Source of the DNA: Octopus bimaculoides
Lineage: Eukaryota
Direction of reading: 5' to 3'
Length of the DNA stretch: 64,000 bases
NCBI RefSeq assembly: GCF_001194135.2
Contig: NC_068990.1
Coordinates: 68,042,494 to 68,106,493, forward strand
Shown: piece after piece, positions 50,993-63,307 of the stretch
How positions within the stretch are numbered: position 1 is the stretch's first letter
Layout of the letters: every line of letters begins with the position of its first letter
The notes under the pieces: generated by a model
Database searches by the model: none
What the model was told of the DNA's origin: nothing
The model's input: the letters and a program-made list of their open reading frames with translations, nothing else
Program-made: the position numbers and the translations under genes

Positions 50993-51560
50993 CAGGGTTA
51001 TTAAAAAAAAAAAAAAAAAAAAAAATGTACTGATTTCATTATGCAATATTTTACTAAGGAAAAGCAATAGAAAACTCCAGCTAAGTCACAAGTATTTACT
51101 CACACTCAACTTTTATTTCCTGTCTTACAAGTGTTCAATGTGGCCACCACCTGCAGCAGAGGCAACATTAATCTGATAAAAGAATTCCTCCCAGACGTGT
51201 ATCAGCATATCACGATCCACTGAGTTGATTGCTGTTGTTATTTGATGTTTAAGCTCATCGAGGTAAGTGGGTAGCTGTGGAGTTTTCTAAGTTCTGAATG
51301 GTAGCCACACCTTAAACATCAAATAACAACAACAATCAGCTCAGTGGATCAGGATAAGCTGATACGCATCTGGAAGAAATCTCTTATTGCATTGATGTTG
51401 GCCATGCTGCAGGTGGTGGCCACATTGAACACTTTTAAGAAGTTGATTGTGAAAAAAGTTGATTGTGAGTAAATACTTGTGACTTAGCTGGAGTTTTCTA
51501 TTGCTTTCCTTACTAAAATATTGAATAATGAAACTGGTACATTCTTCTTAACTAACCCTG
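50993..51560. mobile_element. 568-bp fold-back Tc1/mariner derivative (two inverted transposon 3' ends)
   Basis: TA-CAGGGTTA...TAACCCTG-TA; ~250-bp inverted arms including a perfect 29-bp match; arms encode ...IDVGHAAGGGHIEH*, a transposase C-terminus. Confidence 0.88.
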
Positions 51561-52693
51561 TATATGCAGGCCTTTTCACTTATTCCTGTCACAGGACTGT
51601 GGTTATGTTGGGGTACTGCTTTCAGAAGTTTAGCTGAAGAAATTAGTCCCAGTATGTATTTTAAGCCTGATACTTATAACTTTAGTTCTTTTTGCTGCAC
51701 TGCAAAGTTACAAGAATGTAAACAAACCAACAGCAGGTTTCAAATAGCTGAAGAGGGATAAATACAAATGCACATATACACATATGATAGACTTCCACAC
51801 AGTTTCAATCTACTAAATTTACTCATAAGGTATTGCTCCGCCCAGGGCAATAGTAGAAGACACTTGCCCAAGTTGCCATGCTGCTCACACTTTAGAAGAG
51901 AAGGTGCTGTGGTGATGAGGTGTCAGGGTGTAGCCTCAAGTTATGAGGTGAGTAGATTTGAATGAAGAAAGAAGACTACTGCTTACCTCATACCTTGGAG
52001 GTCCACCTAGACAGCTCAACATTAGTGTATTATTGATTACATCTCTTGTGCAACAAAACATGGAATACAAAGGTATGGGGAATAGAGAAGTTCAAATGCA
52101 GACACATATAATCTAAAAATAAGTCTCTATTTAAAAGCAAACTGCAAAGTTTCATGTCTGTAATACAGTAATTAAGGGTGATTGTAATTATGCTATCAGT
52201 TTTATTACCATTATTATCAAGTCTTTCGTAGTTCTTGTTTAATTTGTTTCCTACTAATTCAACAAAAGAATTGAGAGAAAGAAAGCTAAAAATGAAATAA
52301 TACAATCAACAGACTTATTTTTCTGATCACTACATGTTTTGATATAATTATGATATAAATGTTAAATTAAAATTAATGTGTATGAAGTGAGGAGGAGGGG
52401 AGGAGTTAGAGAGAGAAAGAGAATGAAGGAAAGAAAAGAATATTTATATGTGTCTCGTTCACCATTTACCAATTCTATTCCATCTTCTATCTTTGCACCA
52501 CACTTTCATTCTCCCCTTTGTCTCTCTCTCTCTCTCTCTCACTCAAGATCTGATTTCACACTTCTCATTATCTTTTATTCTTTATGTATCTATTACTGTT
52601 TGTTTTCATGCACGCACACACACACACACACATGTATAAAGATCACTTAGTTCCATTTGGTAGAATATCATTTTTTATTTATTTTTACAAAGG

Positions 52694-52805
52694 AAAAGGT
52701 TAACACTAGCTCCAAAGTTTTGGTTTAATAGCCATCATCAGATAGAATTGATCAGTTCTCACTGATGATGGCTGTTGGGCTAAAACTTCCAAGTGTCAAC
52801 GTTTT
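52694..52805. repeat. Short inverted repeat with two outward-facing hammerhead-like relics
   Basis: + CTGATGA-T-GGCT-GTTG-GGCT-AAAAC (52762-52786); - CTGATGA-T-GGCT-ATTA-AACC-AAAAC (52741-52717); G12>A in both. Confidence 0.55.
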
Positions 52806-52866
52806 CTATGTATAAATATCACTTTATCTACATACTTATCTATCTATAGTTATCTTGCTATCAATC

Positions 52867-52902
<36 letters not shown>

Positions 52903-53237
52903 CCCATTTGCTTTAACTATTTATTGGTCTGCCTTACCATCCAGCTAATCATCTCTTTATATCAATCTAAACCCTTCTAATTTTATCTATCTGAATCTAT
53001 CTGTGTATATCTATCTAAATCTATATCTATTTATCCATCTATCTAAATCTATATAGATATCTATATCCATTTATCTTTCTAAATCTAACTAATTATATCT
53101 ATGTAGATATATCTATCTAAAACCTATCTCTCTAAATGTATCTAACTACATCTAGCTATGTAAAACTCTCTCTCACAGAATCTACCTCTCTATCGATCTC
53201 TCTAAATCCATCCATCCATCTGTCCATCCATCCATCC

Positions 53238-53276
<39 letters not shown>

Positions 53277-53964
53277 AGCTATCAATAAAATGCCAATACT
53301 TTTGTACAACAAAATGCTCTATTGCTAAACAAAGATAGGCAAAATTAGTAACGTAGAGAAATAAAACAGAAACAAAATAAAAAGGAAAATAAGTAAAGTG
53401 CAAACAAAATAAGTAAATATTAAAGAGAATTTGCAGATTTTAATTTTAATTTTGAGAAATTTTTTTTAAATTTGCCAAGATAAAATCTGGTTAATTAACA
53501 GAATTTTCAAAGATAATTGCTTAAAAATGCTTTTCTTTTCTTCTTTATTAAACAAAATATCATCATGTGAATAATGACTGAATAAAATTCACCACGTTTG
53601 CTTTCTCTTTTATCTATAGCTTGAATCAATTAACATTTTTAGTGTTAATAAGTGAAGAGTTCATTGTTGATTAAAATTCATTATACTCACTGCATGTGTG
53701 TGTGTGTATTAGGTAGTGTGTGAAAGAATGGCATGAGAAAGGGAGTAGAGAGGTGAGTATGAGTACAAGAGAGAAAATACGATAGAGTAAGAAAATAAGG
53801 TGGGGGAAGTAAAGGCATGGATAGAAGTAGTGAATGGAAGAAAGAGGAGAGAAGTAAGAGAGGGATGAGGATGAGTAGTGAGAGGAAGTGACTTATAAAC
53901 AAAGTAAGGGAAAAATAAGGAAGAGACAGGGACAGTTGAGGGATACATACAAAGGAAGATATTT

Positions 53965-54250
53965 ATGAATGGAAGAAGAAGGAGGAGGAGGAGGAGGAGG
54001 AGGAGGAGGAGAAGAAGAAGAAGAAGAAGAAGAAGAAGAAGAAGCAGGAGAAGGAGAAGAAGGAGAAGAAGAAGGAGAAGAAGAAGAAGAAGAAGAAGAA
54101 GAAGAAGAAGAAGAAGAAGAAGAAGAAGAAGAAGAAGAAGCAGGAGAAGAAGGAGAAGGAGAAGAAAGAGAAGAANNNNNNNNNNAGAAGAAGAAGAAGA
54201 AGAAGAAGAAGAAGAAGAAGAAGAAGAAGAAGAAGAAGGAGAAGGAGTAG
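53965..54250 (+). repeat. (GGA)n/(AGA)n purine trinucleotide tract with a gap
   Basis: Seen directly; the poly-R and poly-E ORFs are artefacts. Confidence 0.95.
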
Positions 54251-54914
54251 TAGCAGTAGTCTGGGAGGAACAGTAATATATTAAAAAAATGAAAGAAAGA
54301 AAAGGGAATGAAATATTAAAATATTATATAAAAATTAAAATCTGTTTTTAAAACACCTTCAGAATTTTCTAACTGAAAATTTTATTCAATTTTTCTTATG
54401 AAGAAAATTCAATTTACAAGTAGCTCTAATGTTTTGCTATCAGGCATCTAATCTACCTTAATAGTTATTCATTAAGAAAATGCTGGGAATAAATTTGGAT
54501 ATCTCATTGATGATACTTCAAAGAATACTTTTATAGGTTTTTTATGCCAAACCATTAGATTTTTCTTAATTGAAAAATAAAGGACTAATATAATGTTTGC
54601 TGTAGGTGTCGTTACTTTTGTTCTTTAGCATATGTTGGTCTTGTTTTATTTTCACTGCTATTACTTTGCTAATATAGTGTTTTGTTGTTGATGTTGCTGA
54701 TGCTGATGATGATGGTGATGTTGTTGTTGTTGGTGATGATGATGATCTTGTAGTTGTTGTTTGAATATATCATTCATTTTGTTCGAAGGCTTTATTGAAA
54801 TTGAAAAAGAATGACGCTATATTGTGTTTATATAATATAAGCAAACATGTGTGTTTATGCGCACACACACACACACACACACATATGTGTACAAACAAGC
54901 ATAAGACTGTGCAT

Positions 54915-54950
54915 AAATAATAATAATAATAATAATAAAAATAATAATAA

Positions 54951-55007
<57 letters not shown>

Positions 55008-55120
55008 CAACAACAGTAATAAAAACAACAAAACAACAATAGTAATAATAGCAACAGCAACAATACTACTACAACTACTACTATTACCTCTAATAATAAT
55101 AATAATAATAGCAATAATAA
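54915..55120 (+). repeat. (AAT)n/(AAC)n/(ACT)n compound microsatellite
   Basis: Seen directly. Many (TA)n, (CA)n, (AG)n, (TACA)n and (TATC)n tracts occur throughout the window. Confidence 0.95.
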
Positions 55121-55248
55121 TCCTATATGTGTTGCTGTTGCGTGAATTTTCATACAAATTCGTGTTTAAAGTTATTGGCTTACAGGGTATTTCCATTTCC
55201 CATTATTAAATATCACATCGTAGAGGAAGACAGGTTAGCCATTTAAAG

Positions 55249-55291
<43 letters not shown>

Positions 55292-55604
55292 ATATATCTA
55301 TATAGTGTTTCTTATGTTCAGCCTTTGATTCATTTCTTAACAGTATTGTAATCTATAAAATGTAAAAAAAAAAGATTCTTCATATATCTACATGTAGAAC
55401 TGCATTATGTTGTAGATATATAAATGCAGCAGTGGGTGTATCGGTACAGGCATGATAGTATAGTTAAGAAGTTAGTTTCCCAACCACATGGTTCCAGGTT
55501 CAGTTGCACTGGTTGTAGCACTTTGAGCAAGTCATTTCTACAATAGCCCCAAGCCAACACAAGCCATGTGAGTGAATTTAGTAAACAAAAAGTAGAAGGT
55601 TGTC

Positions 55605-55670
<66 letters not shown>

Positions 55671-55689
55671 GTGTGCATGTGTGAAAAAA

Positions 55690-56650
55690 TGCTACCATGG
55701 GAATAAGAATAGCCTGGGCAAAGTTCAGGAAGCTTCTACTCCTACTGGAGTGAAAGGTAGATTGTATGATGTATGTGTGTGAACTGCCATACTTCACGGC
55801 AGTAAAACATGCGCCGTGGCTGCTGAAGACATGTGTAGGCTCGAAAGAAATGAAGCTAGCATGACCTGCTGGATGTGTAATGTCAGTGTGCACAAGCGAC
55901 AGAGTGTAAGCACCCTGAGAGAAATGTTGGACATAAGAAGCATTGGATGTGGCGTGCAAGAGAGACGTTTGTATTGGTGTGGTCATGTACTATAGAGGGA
56001 TGAGGAGAGCTGTGTGAAATACCTCTTCCAAACAGTGGAAGGAATCCGGGGTAGAGGGAGACCCAGGAAGACATGGGATGAGGTGGTGAAGCATGACCTT
56101 CGAATGATGGGCCTCACAGAGGCAATAACAAAAGACCGAGACCTCTGAAGGTATGCTTTGACTGAGAAGACCTGGCAAATAAAAGGAGTTCACAGCTGTA
56201 ACCTACACCAGTATCGCATAACCAGCCCACTCAAAAGTATCTTGGATCGTAGAGCGACGTGTTGTGCTTGAGGATACCTATTGAGTCAAGTACATCAAAA
56301 TCAAATCAAATGGAAATTATAGTTGTGATCCCCATGCCAATGGCATGTAAAAAGCACCATCCAAATGCAGCTGGTGCCCGCATCGCCTTGATTGGCTTCC
56401 ATGCCGGTGGCATGTAAAAAGCACCATCCAATCGTGGTCGATGCTAGCCCCCTCTGGTCCCTGTGCCAGTGGCACGAAAAAAGCACCCACTACACTCCCG
56501 GAGTGGTTGGCGTAAGGGAAGGCATCCAGCTGTAGAAACATTGCCAGATCAGACTGGAGCCTGGTGTAGCCTCCTGGCTTCCCAGACCCCAGTCAAACCG
56601 TCCAACCCATGCCAGCATGGAAAACGGACATTAAACGATGATGATGATGA
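55690..56650 (+). mobile_element. 5'-truncated RTE LINE: ORF C-terminus (55690-56180), 3' UTR and (GAT)n tail
   Basis: IRIAWAKFRKLL..VKGRLYDVCV*TAILHGS...RLERNEASM..WMCNV...QERRLYWCGHVL...VEGIRGRGRPRKTWDEVVKHDL. Confidence 0.92.
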
Positions 56651-56939
56651 TATATATATAATTATATAATTTTCTTTCCAAAAACATAGCATAGAAGTGT
56701 TCAAGTTGAGCCCAAGGTGCTAGACAAGTATAATAGATACAATAAAAAAGATTCAAATCAGGCAGACTACGATTAACACATACATATACTGGTTTAATTA
56801 AGACAAAATAAGAATTGTCCAATCTGAAACATATATTGATATATTAGAAATACAAACATATAGAAATATAAAAATATATGAATACTAAGAATATACATAG
56901 ATATATAGATAGTAATAATAGAATATAGGTACAAATAAT

Positions 56940-57275
56940 GAAATATAGAAAAAAGACATGTTTTTAAGAATTCAAAGTATAATATAGAGAAAGTGATAGG
57001 CATTAGAAAGAGTTTTGGGTAACATATTAGAGGAAAATAAGGTGTTCCAAAAATCGTTTCAGGAATACATCATCAGGGAAAAATAGTATTTACACTATTT
57101 TTCCCTAATGATGGGGCATTCTATCGAAATAAATCTTAAGATTCAAATGTTATCTGCACGAATGTACTCCTGAAATGATCGTTGGAACACCTTATCTTCC
57201 TCTAAAATGTGACCCAAAACTCGTTTTCTCTATATTATATTTTGAATTTTTAAAATGTCTTTTTTTTTCCATATA
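56940..57275. repeat. Inverted repeat (56940-57065 vs 57165-57275) with hammerhead-like relics and an internal hairpin (57068-57113)
   Basis: - UUCC-CUGAUGA-UGUAUUCCU-GAAAC-GAUU-UUU|GGAA; + CUGCACGA-AUGUACUCCU-GAAAU-GAUC-GUU|GGAA; combined stem III ACGAUCGU. Confidence 0.7.
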
Positions 57276-57914
57276 ACATTGCTGACCACTGAGCAGAAAG
57301 GACATTGCATCGAAGTCAATCAAGATCTCCGTCAGTGTGATGCTGCTGACCCATCCTTCATGTCGAGGATCATCACCAGTGATGTGAGTTAGGTCTACTG
57401 ATATGACCATGAGATGAAGCTGCAGTCACACAATGAAAGAGGCCTTCGTCTGCATGGCCAAAGAAGGCATGAAAGAGCCACAGCTCAATCAAGAGCATGC
57501 TCATTGTTTTTTACAACATTCACTGTACCTACATCAAGAATTCATCCCCCAGGGCCAGACCACCAACCAAGAGTTCTATTGTGACATTTTGAAGCATTTG
57601 AGGGAAGACGTTCGGTGCTCTATTCATCAGATATAGGCTCCTGCAGACTTTCATTTCTTCCCCCAAGATGAAAATGCAGCTCAAAGGTCATTGTTTCAAC
57701 ACTGTTGTTGAGACCCAGAGTGAATCGTAGAAAGTCCTTGACTTGCTTATGGAAAACGACTTCCAGGCTGGATTCCAAAAGTGGCAAGAACACTGGGACC
57801 AGTGCATTGCTGTGCAAGGTGGCTATTTCAAAGGAGATGATGTTAAAACTTAGGTAAATAAGTTATTTTTTTATTAAAAATAACTAGTCTAGGAGCATTC
57901 CTGATACCACTTCA
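57276..57914 (+). mobile_element. mariner (DD34D-type) transposase remnant with right TIR, internally deleted
   Basis: FMSRIITSDVS*VY*YD, EFIPQGQTTNQEFYCDILKHLREDVR, APADFHFFPKMKMQLKG, FQKWQEHWDQCIAVQGGYFKGD; ends ...ATACCACTTCA-TA. Confidence 0.88.
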
Positions 57915-58316
57915 TAAATAAAATGNNNNNNNNNNNNNNNNNNNNNNNNNNNNNNNNNNNNNNNNNNNNNNNNNNNNNNNNNNNNNNNNNNNNNNNNNNN
58001 NNNNNNNNNNNNNNNNNNNNNNNNNNNNNNNNNNNNNNNNNNNNNNNNNNNNNNNNNNNNNNNNNNNNNNNNNNNNNNNNNNNNNNNNNNNNNNNNNNNN
58101 NNNNNNNNNNNNNNNNNNNNNNNNNNNNNNNNNNNNNNNNNNNNNNNNNNNNNNNNNNNNNNNNNNNNNNNNNNNNNNNNNNNNNNNNNNNATTCCCACA
58201 TTTATTGCAGCAGCCCTTCAGTTTTTTTAAGAACTGTAAAAGAACTCAGAAGGCTGGGCCTCCAACCAAGCCTTTTACAACACCCTTACAGCCACAAACA
58301 TTTCAGCACCTCCATG

Positions 58317-58401
<85 letters not shown>

Positions 58402-61164
58402 GTGTGTGTGTGTGTGTGTGTGTGTGTCTTGACATTGTCATACAATCAGTGTCAAGCTTCTTTTGATCTTCCATGAAAGTATGTCTGGTCATGAGGAAAT
58501 ATTACCTAATATGGAAGCAGGTGGTTGCAAAGTAAAATGAATTTCTTAACCACAATGCCATGCCTGAATATACAAAACAAAGAAAATTTAAAAGGATGCA
58601 CTGTTTGTTGGGAGACTAGACTCAATACACTTTAGTTATGCATCTAATGCTCTTTGAACAAGGAATAAAAGTCACAAATTCCCATTTTGCAACGTTAAAA
58701 TATCTATGCAATAGTGACTATGATACTTGAAGTATATCTAAATCATTTCCTCTAATTTTTTTCTTTTACTATGTAAAATTAATCTACCTAATTAATGAAA
58801 AGTAAAGATTTTGTAGAATTTTACAGGTTTCACTCAGCACAATAGATAATGTTTTATACAAAGATATGTCAGTCTGTATTCATGTCATTATTTCAACAAT
58901 TATTGTGTGTTTAATAACTTTTCTTGTATTTTTTTTTTCCTTTTTTGCTTATAGAGCTTCAAAATCAATGATTTAAACAAATTTCTGTTTCATTAATATA
59001 TTGAAACAATAACATAAGTATAACAAAGTTACCATTTAGCCATGTGTAGGAATATGTATGTAGGTGTATATATATGTGTATGGATGGAAGGATATATATG
59101 TAAGTGTGTGTATATACATATATGTGTGTGTGTGTGTGCGACTGGAAGGATACGTACATAAGTGTATATGTATGTATGTATGTGCATGTATGGATGAAAG
59201 GATGCATATGTAAGCATGTATGTATGTATGTATGTGTGTGTATATGCATGTGTGGATGCACAAAAGTTTATACAGGATTATTTCGATGTGTATATAATGC
59301 AGTGTCTAGGTTTAAGATTACAGAAAATTAGTTGAAATCAACACTTTGTTTATAGAGTTTAAATGTAACAAACTATAAACCATATAAAACAAAGAAGGAG
59401 GCACAGTAACAGGCTAGACAGTCAAATGGTTACAGACGTTTTTTATCAAAATGATCAATGAATACCTCAATATGGTTCCGATTACACGTATCACCTTCAC
59501 CCCTCATCCTCCAACGTTCACTCTTTCCCTTGTTTTCCCCCTTGGTCTATGTGTCTTAGATTACTAAGTACTCTCTGAATTTGTTATGTACAGTGTACAC
59601 TCAGTTGGATGATGCCATGATAGAACCATTATCTCATTGCTGTGCTTCCTCTACAGGGATTGGTGAGTGGTACACCCTCTTTGGTGCTGGTGCCATGAAA
59701 AATTATCCCAAGTCAAATGACACATGGGGCTAGTGATTCGCAAAAGAAATTACTTGGACTGTGATGACCCTCTAACCCACTGCTATCAATAATGAAGATG
59801 GTGTATTGGTGAGCATGAGTGTGTACTCTGTTTGTGTGTGTGTGTGTGTATTCATTCACACAGACACACCTCAACAACTTAAATGAGAAGAGAGCAAGAG
59901 GAAAGTAACCTGTTTTAAACCTCCTCCTCATCTATAGCATGCACATCTCAAAGAATACAGATAGGAATCTCTTATTACTTGAAAGCTATCTCCTGTGACC
60001 TACATAGAAATACCACAAGCTCTTTATTTAACACAATATCAAGATTAGTTATATTTGCCAAGACAAAAGTGCTTCCATCATTAAACATCATAATCAGAAA
60101 TACAAATCTGCACAGATTCCACTTGAGCAATTATTTTTGACTGTCAAAATCAATTTGCGTTTTTGCCTCAAGAATCTTGTCTCTCCATAGGAATGGTATA
60201 CTGAGCATATCTCACACCACCTGACAGTATCCAGAGAAACTACACAAAGTTCACTAATCATGGTTTCAACAGATATCACAATAAACTTTTGTAATTTAGG
60301 TTTAGAAACAGTAAAAATCTCACTCCTCTGTATTAATTTATGCATAACCTCCAAAACCAAAGGCATTACCGCTCTTCTATTCTTCAAATACTACTGATAG
60401 AGTGATCCAATCTTTAAATCTATACCTTGTAACTGTAGACTTTGCCTACCTAAAGTGTTTCCATCAGTGGAATAGCTTGCAGTATCACTCATAATGTGTG
60501 TATAAATCAATGCATATATGTATGTGTGTATGTATAACGTAATTATCAATACATATAATGAATATGTATTAAGGAACGAAATATAAATACATTCACATAC
60601 AAAATCATATTTGCAAGCAATAACATACATGTATTCTGTATGCACATGCATGTGCATATACAACTGCTGTTTGAAAGCAAGAAATAAAATCACAGAACTT
60701 TGTACTGCTCAGCTTTGAAACAAAGAAAAACTAAACCACATTCTAGCTTCTATTCATACAACCTAGCATCAAGGATCATATTTTTTCTAAGCTTAATTCC
60801 CATTTCAATACACACAAAAAAAATATATGACATGGCTTGTTTTATCATTTTCAACTACAATATAGGGGACAAACAGATAAAACAAATAAGATGAAATACA
60901 GAGCAAAACCATAAGGAATTTTTTTTTCTTAAAGTTACAAAGACAATTCTGTCAATATCTGTGTGTGTGTGTGTGTGTGTGTATGTACATGCGTGTGTAT
61001 TTATATGTTGTACTGTAAGAAAATTTGATGAGTATTACAAAAATATGATCGCAGTAATCAGCAGACTTTTTACTCCATTGCTTATAAAACACTCTACTCT
61101 ACAGACCTTTATGTAGTCTTTTAAATAGCTTGTAGCTTCGTTTTTCTGATAATANNNNNNNNNN

Positions 61165-61210
<46 letters not shown>

Positions 61211-62833
61211 CAGATCCACACAGTTTTATACCAACACACACACATACATACATATATATATATTGTTTATATACACATATACTGTTTATATAGATGTGTG
61301 TACGAATTTCCACTCAAACACAAACATACATATACATATATATATCCACACACCTAATACCAATGTGATGGCAAAACAATTGTTGTGCTAACTTTTAGAT
61401 GTGTGTGGGAGGGGTGTGTGCATGTGTTAGTTAAGATTAAGTTTGTTTTTCAGTTTACAGACACAAACATACACGTACTTCAGGAACAAATGCTCACATG
61501 CTTTATACTCTTATAGGTTTGTCACAAACGTGTATTGAGCAGTTTTATGTGTCTACATATTAAAACCTGAGCACACATACACACATGTACACACACACAT
61601 ACCCACAACCAACCAAATGCATATAACCATCAGAGCACACATGCAAACACACAAACACACACAAACGTATACTCACTCACTACGCATGCACATAAAGTGT
61701 TCTTTCATCAATAATTTTTCTGTCTATAAATCATTCAATGTACGGTTATTCAACTCAAACAGTTCACTTTCTCAAAACAAAAATAACCCTCTCTCTCTAA
61801 GCTCAAGCAATATTTTCTTTATTTATTCATTCAATTATTTATTTATTTATTCATTCACTTATTTATTTATCTATATATTCATTCATTCATTTTTCTGTTT
61901 ATTTTTTACAAAGATATCTCAGATGTGAAATACAATAGCACAAAATATATCTTAGTCAATATATGTATTTCCTGACTCATTTTATTGTCTTACTTTTTGC
62001 ATTGAAGAATGGACATAAAAAAAAATATTTTAGTTGAGAATACATGATGGTGGATGAAACAGATCTACTTTTTCCTTTAGCTTCTGTTTATCACTGTATA
62101 TTTTTGGTGGTGGGGGTAAATTTTGTCTTCGTGATGATTCTTCACCAATAAGTTTAGTTTGAAGGCAGCAGAAGAATTCATGTAAACTGACCCATTCTTC
62201 AATTTCATTATTGTATTGTACAGTTATAGTCTTTTCCAATCTGTACTGGCAGACATGTCTGCGTATATATGTGTCTATAAGTGTCTATACGTCTATGTTC
62301 ATATGAACACGTGTGTGTGTGTGTGTGGAGGAGATATGTATGTGTATGATTTTATAGACAGATACATTCATGAACATACACACACACACATACAATAACA
62401 AAAGTGAGTTGCGGGTGGAAATTTTTAGACTTTAATGTATTGCATTGTTACTATATTTATCCTAAGCTGTAAGTAGTTCAACGTGTAAAACTATTTCATA
62501 GGATTACTCAACAAGATGGGAATAACAGGTGATAGCCAACAACAAGAAGCATAGTAGCTTTTCTTGAATGTGCTCTGAGGCATTTGCCACACCCAATTTA
62601 TAAGTGTGTATATATATATATATATGTATGTATAGCAACCGGTAAGTGTTATAGGAAACTAGTTAGCTTCAAGCATTTATGCGGCTAATACAGATGACAA
62701 GAAAGTGGACAATATACAATAAAACATGTTTATTAACATTGTAAGTAACATATATGTTCCCATTCCTTACTTTTATAAATATATACACACATATATACAT
62801 ATACATGCATATTTCCAAGTAAGTTTTATATAC

Positions 62834-62920
<87 letters not shown>

Positions 62921-62921
<1 letters not shown>

Positions 62922-63236
62922 GGTTTAGTGGTTAGAGTGTCGAGCTTACGATCATGAGGTTGTGAGTTTGAATCCCGGACCGGGCTGCATGTTGTGTTCT
63001 TGAGCAAGACACTTTATTTCACGTTGCTCCAGTTCACTCAGCTGTAGGAATGAGTTGTTACGTGATAGGTGCCAAGCTGTATTGGCCTTTGCCTTTCCCT
63101 TGGTGGCGTGCAGTGGGGAGGCCGGTATGCATGGGCGACTGTTGGTCTTCCATAAACATCCTTGCCAGGACATGTGCCTGGAAGGGAGACTTTCTAGGTG
63201 CAATCTCATGGTCAGTCATGACCGAAAGGGGTCTCA
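62921..63236 (+). mobile_element. SINE family D, well conserved
   Basis: A box TGGTTTAGTGG, B box GTTTGAATCCC, GTTGTGTTCTTGAGCAAGACACTTTATTTCAC. Confidence 0.9.
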
Positions 63237-63257
63237 GCAGCTCAGCAGACACACGCG

Positions 63258-63307
<50 letters not shown>

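Noticed and set aside
53965-55209. Poly-R/E/N/L/Y ORFs
   Set aside because: Translations of trinucleotide microsatellites; the same applies to all YI/HT/CV-rich and X-filled ORFs.
60094-60387. 97-aa minus-strand ORF
   Set aside because: No motif and no convincing splice sites.
62030-62239. 69-aa protein-like ORF (EEWVSLHEFFCCLQTK...)
   Set aside because: Weak splice sites, no recognised homology; many ORFs of this length are expected by chance.
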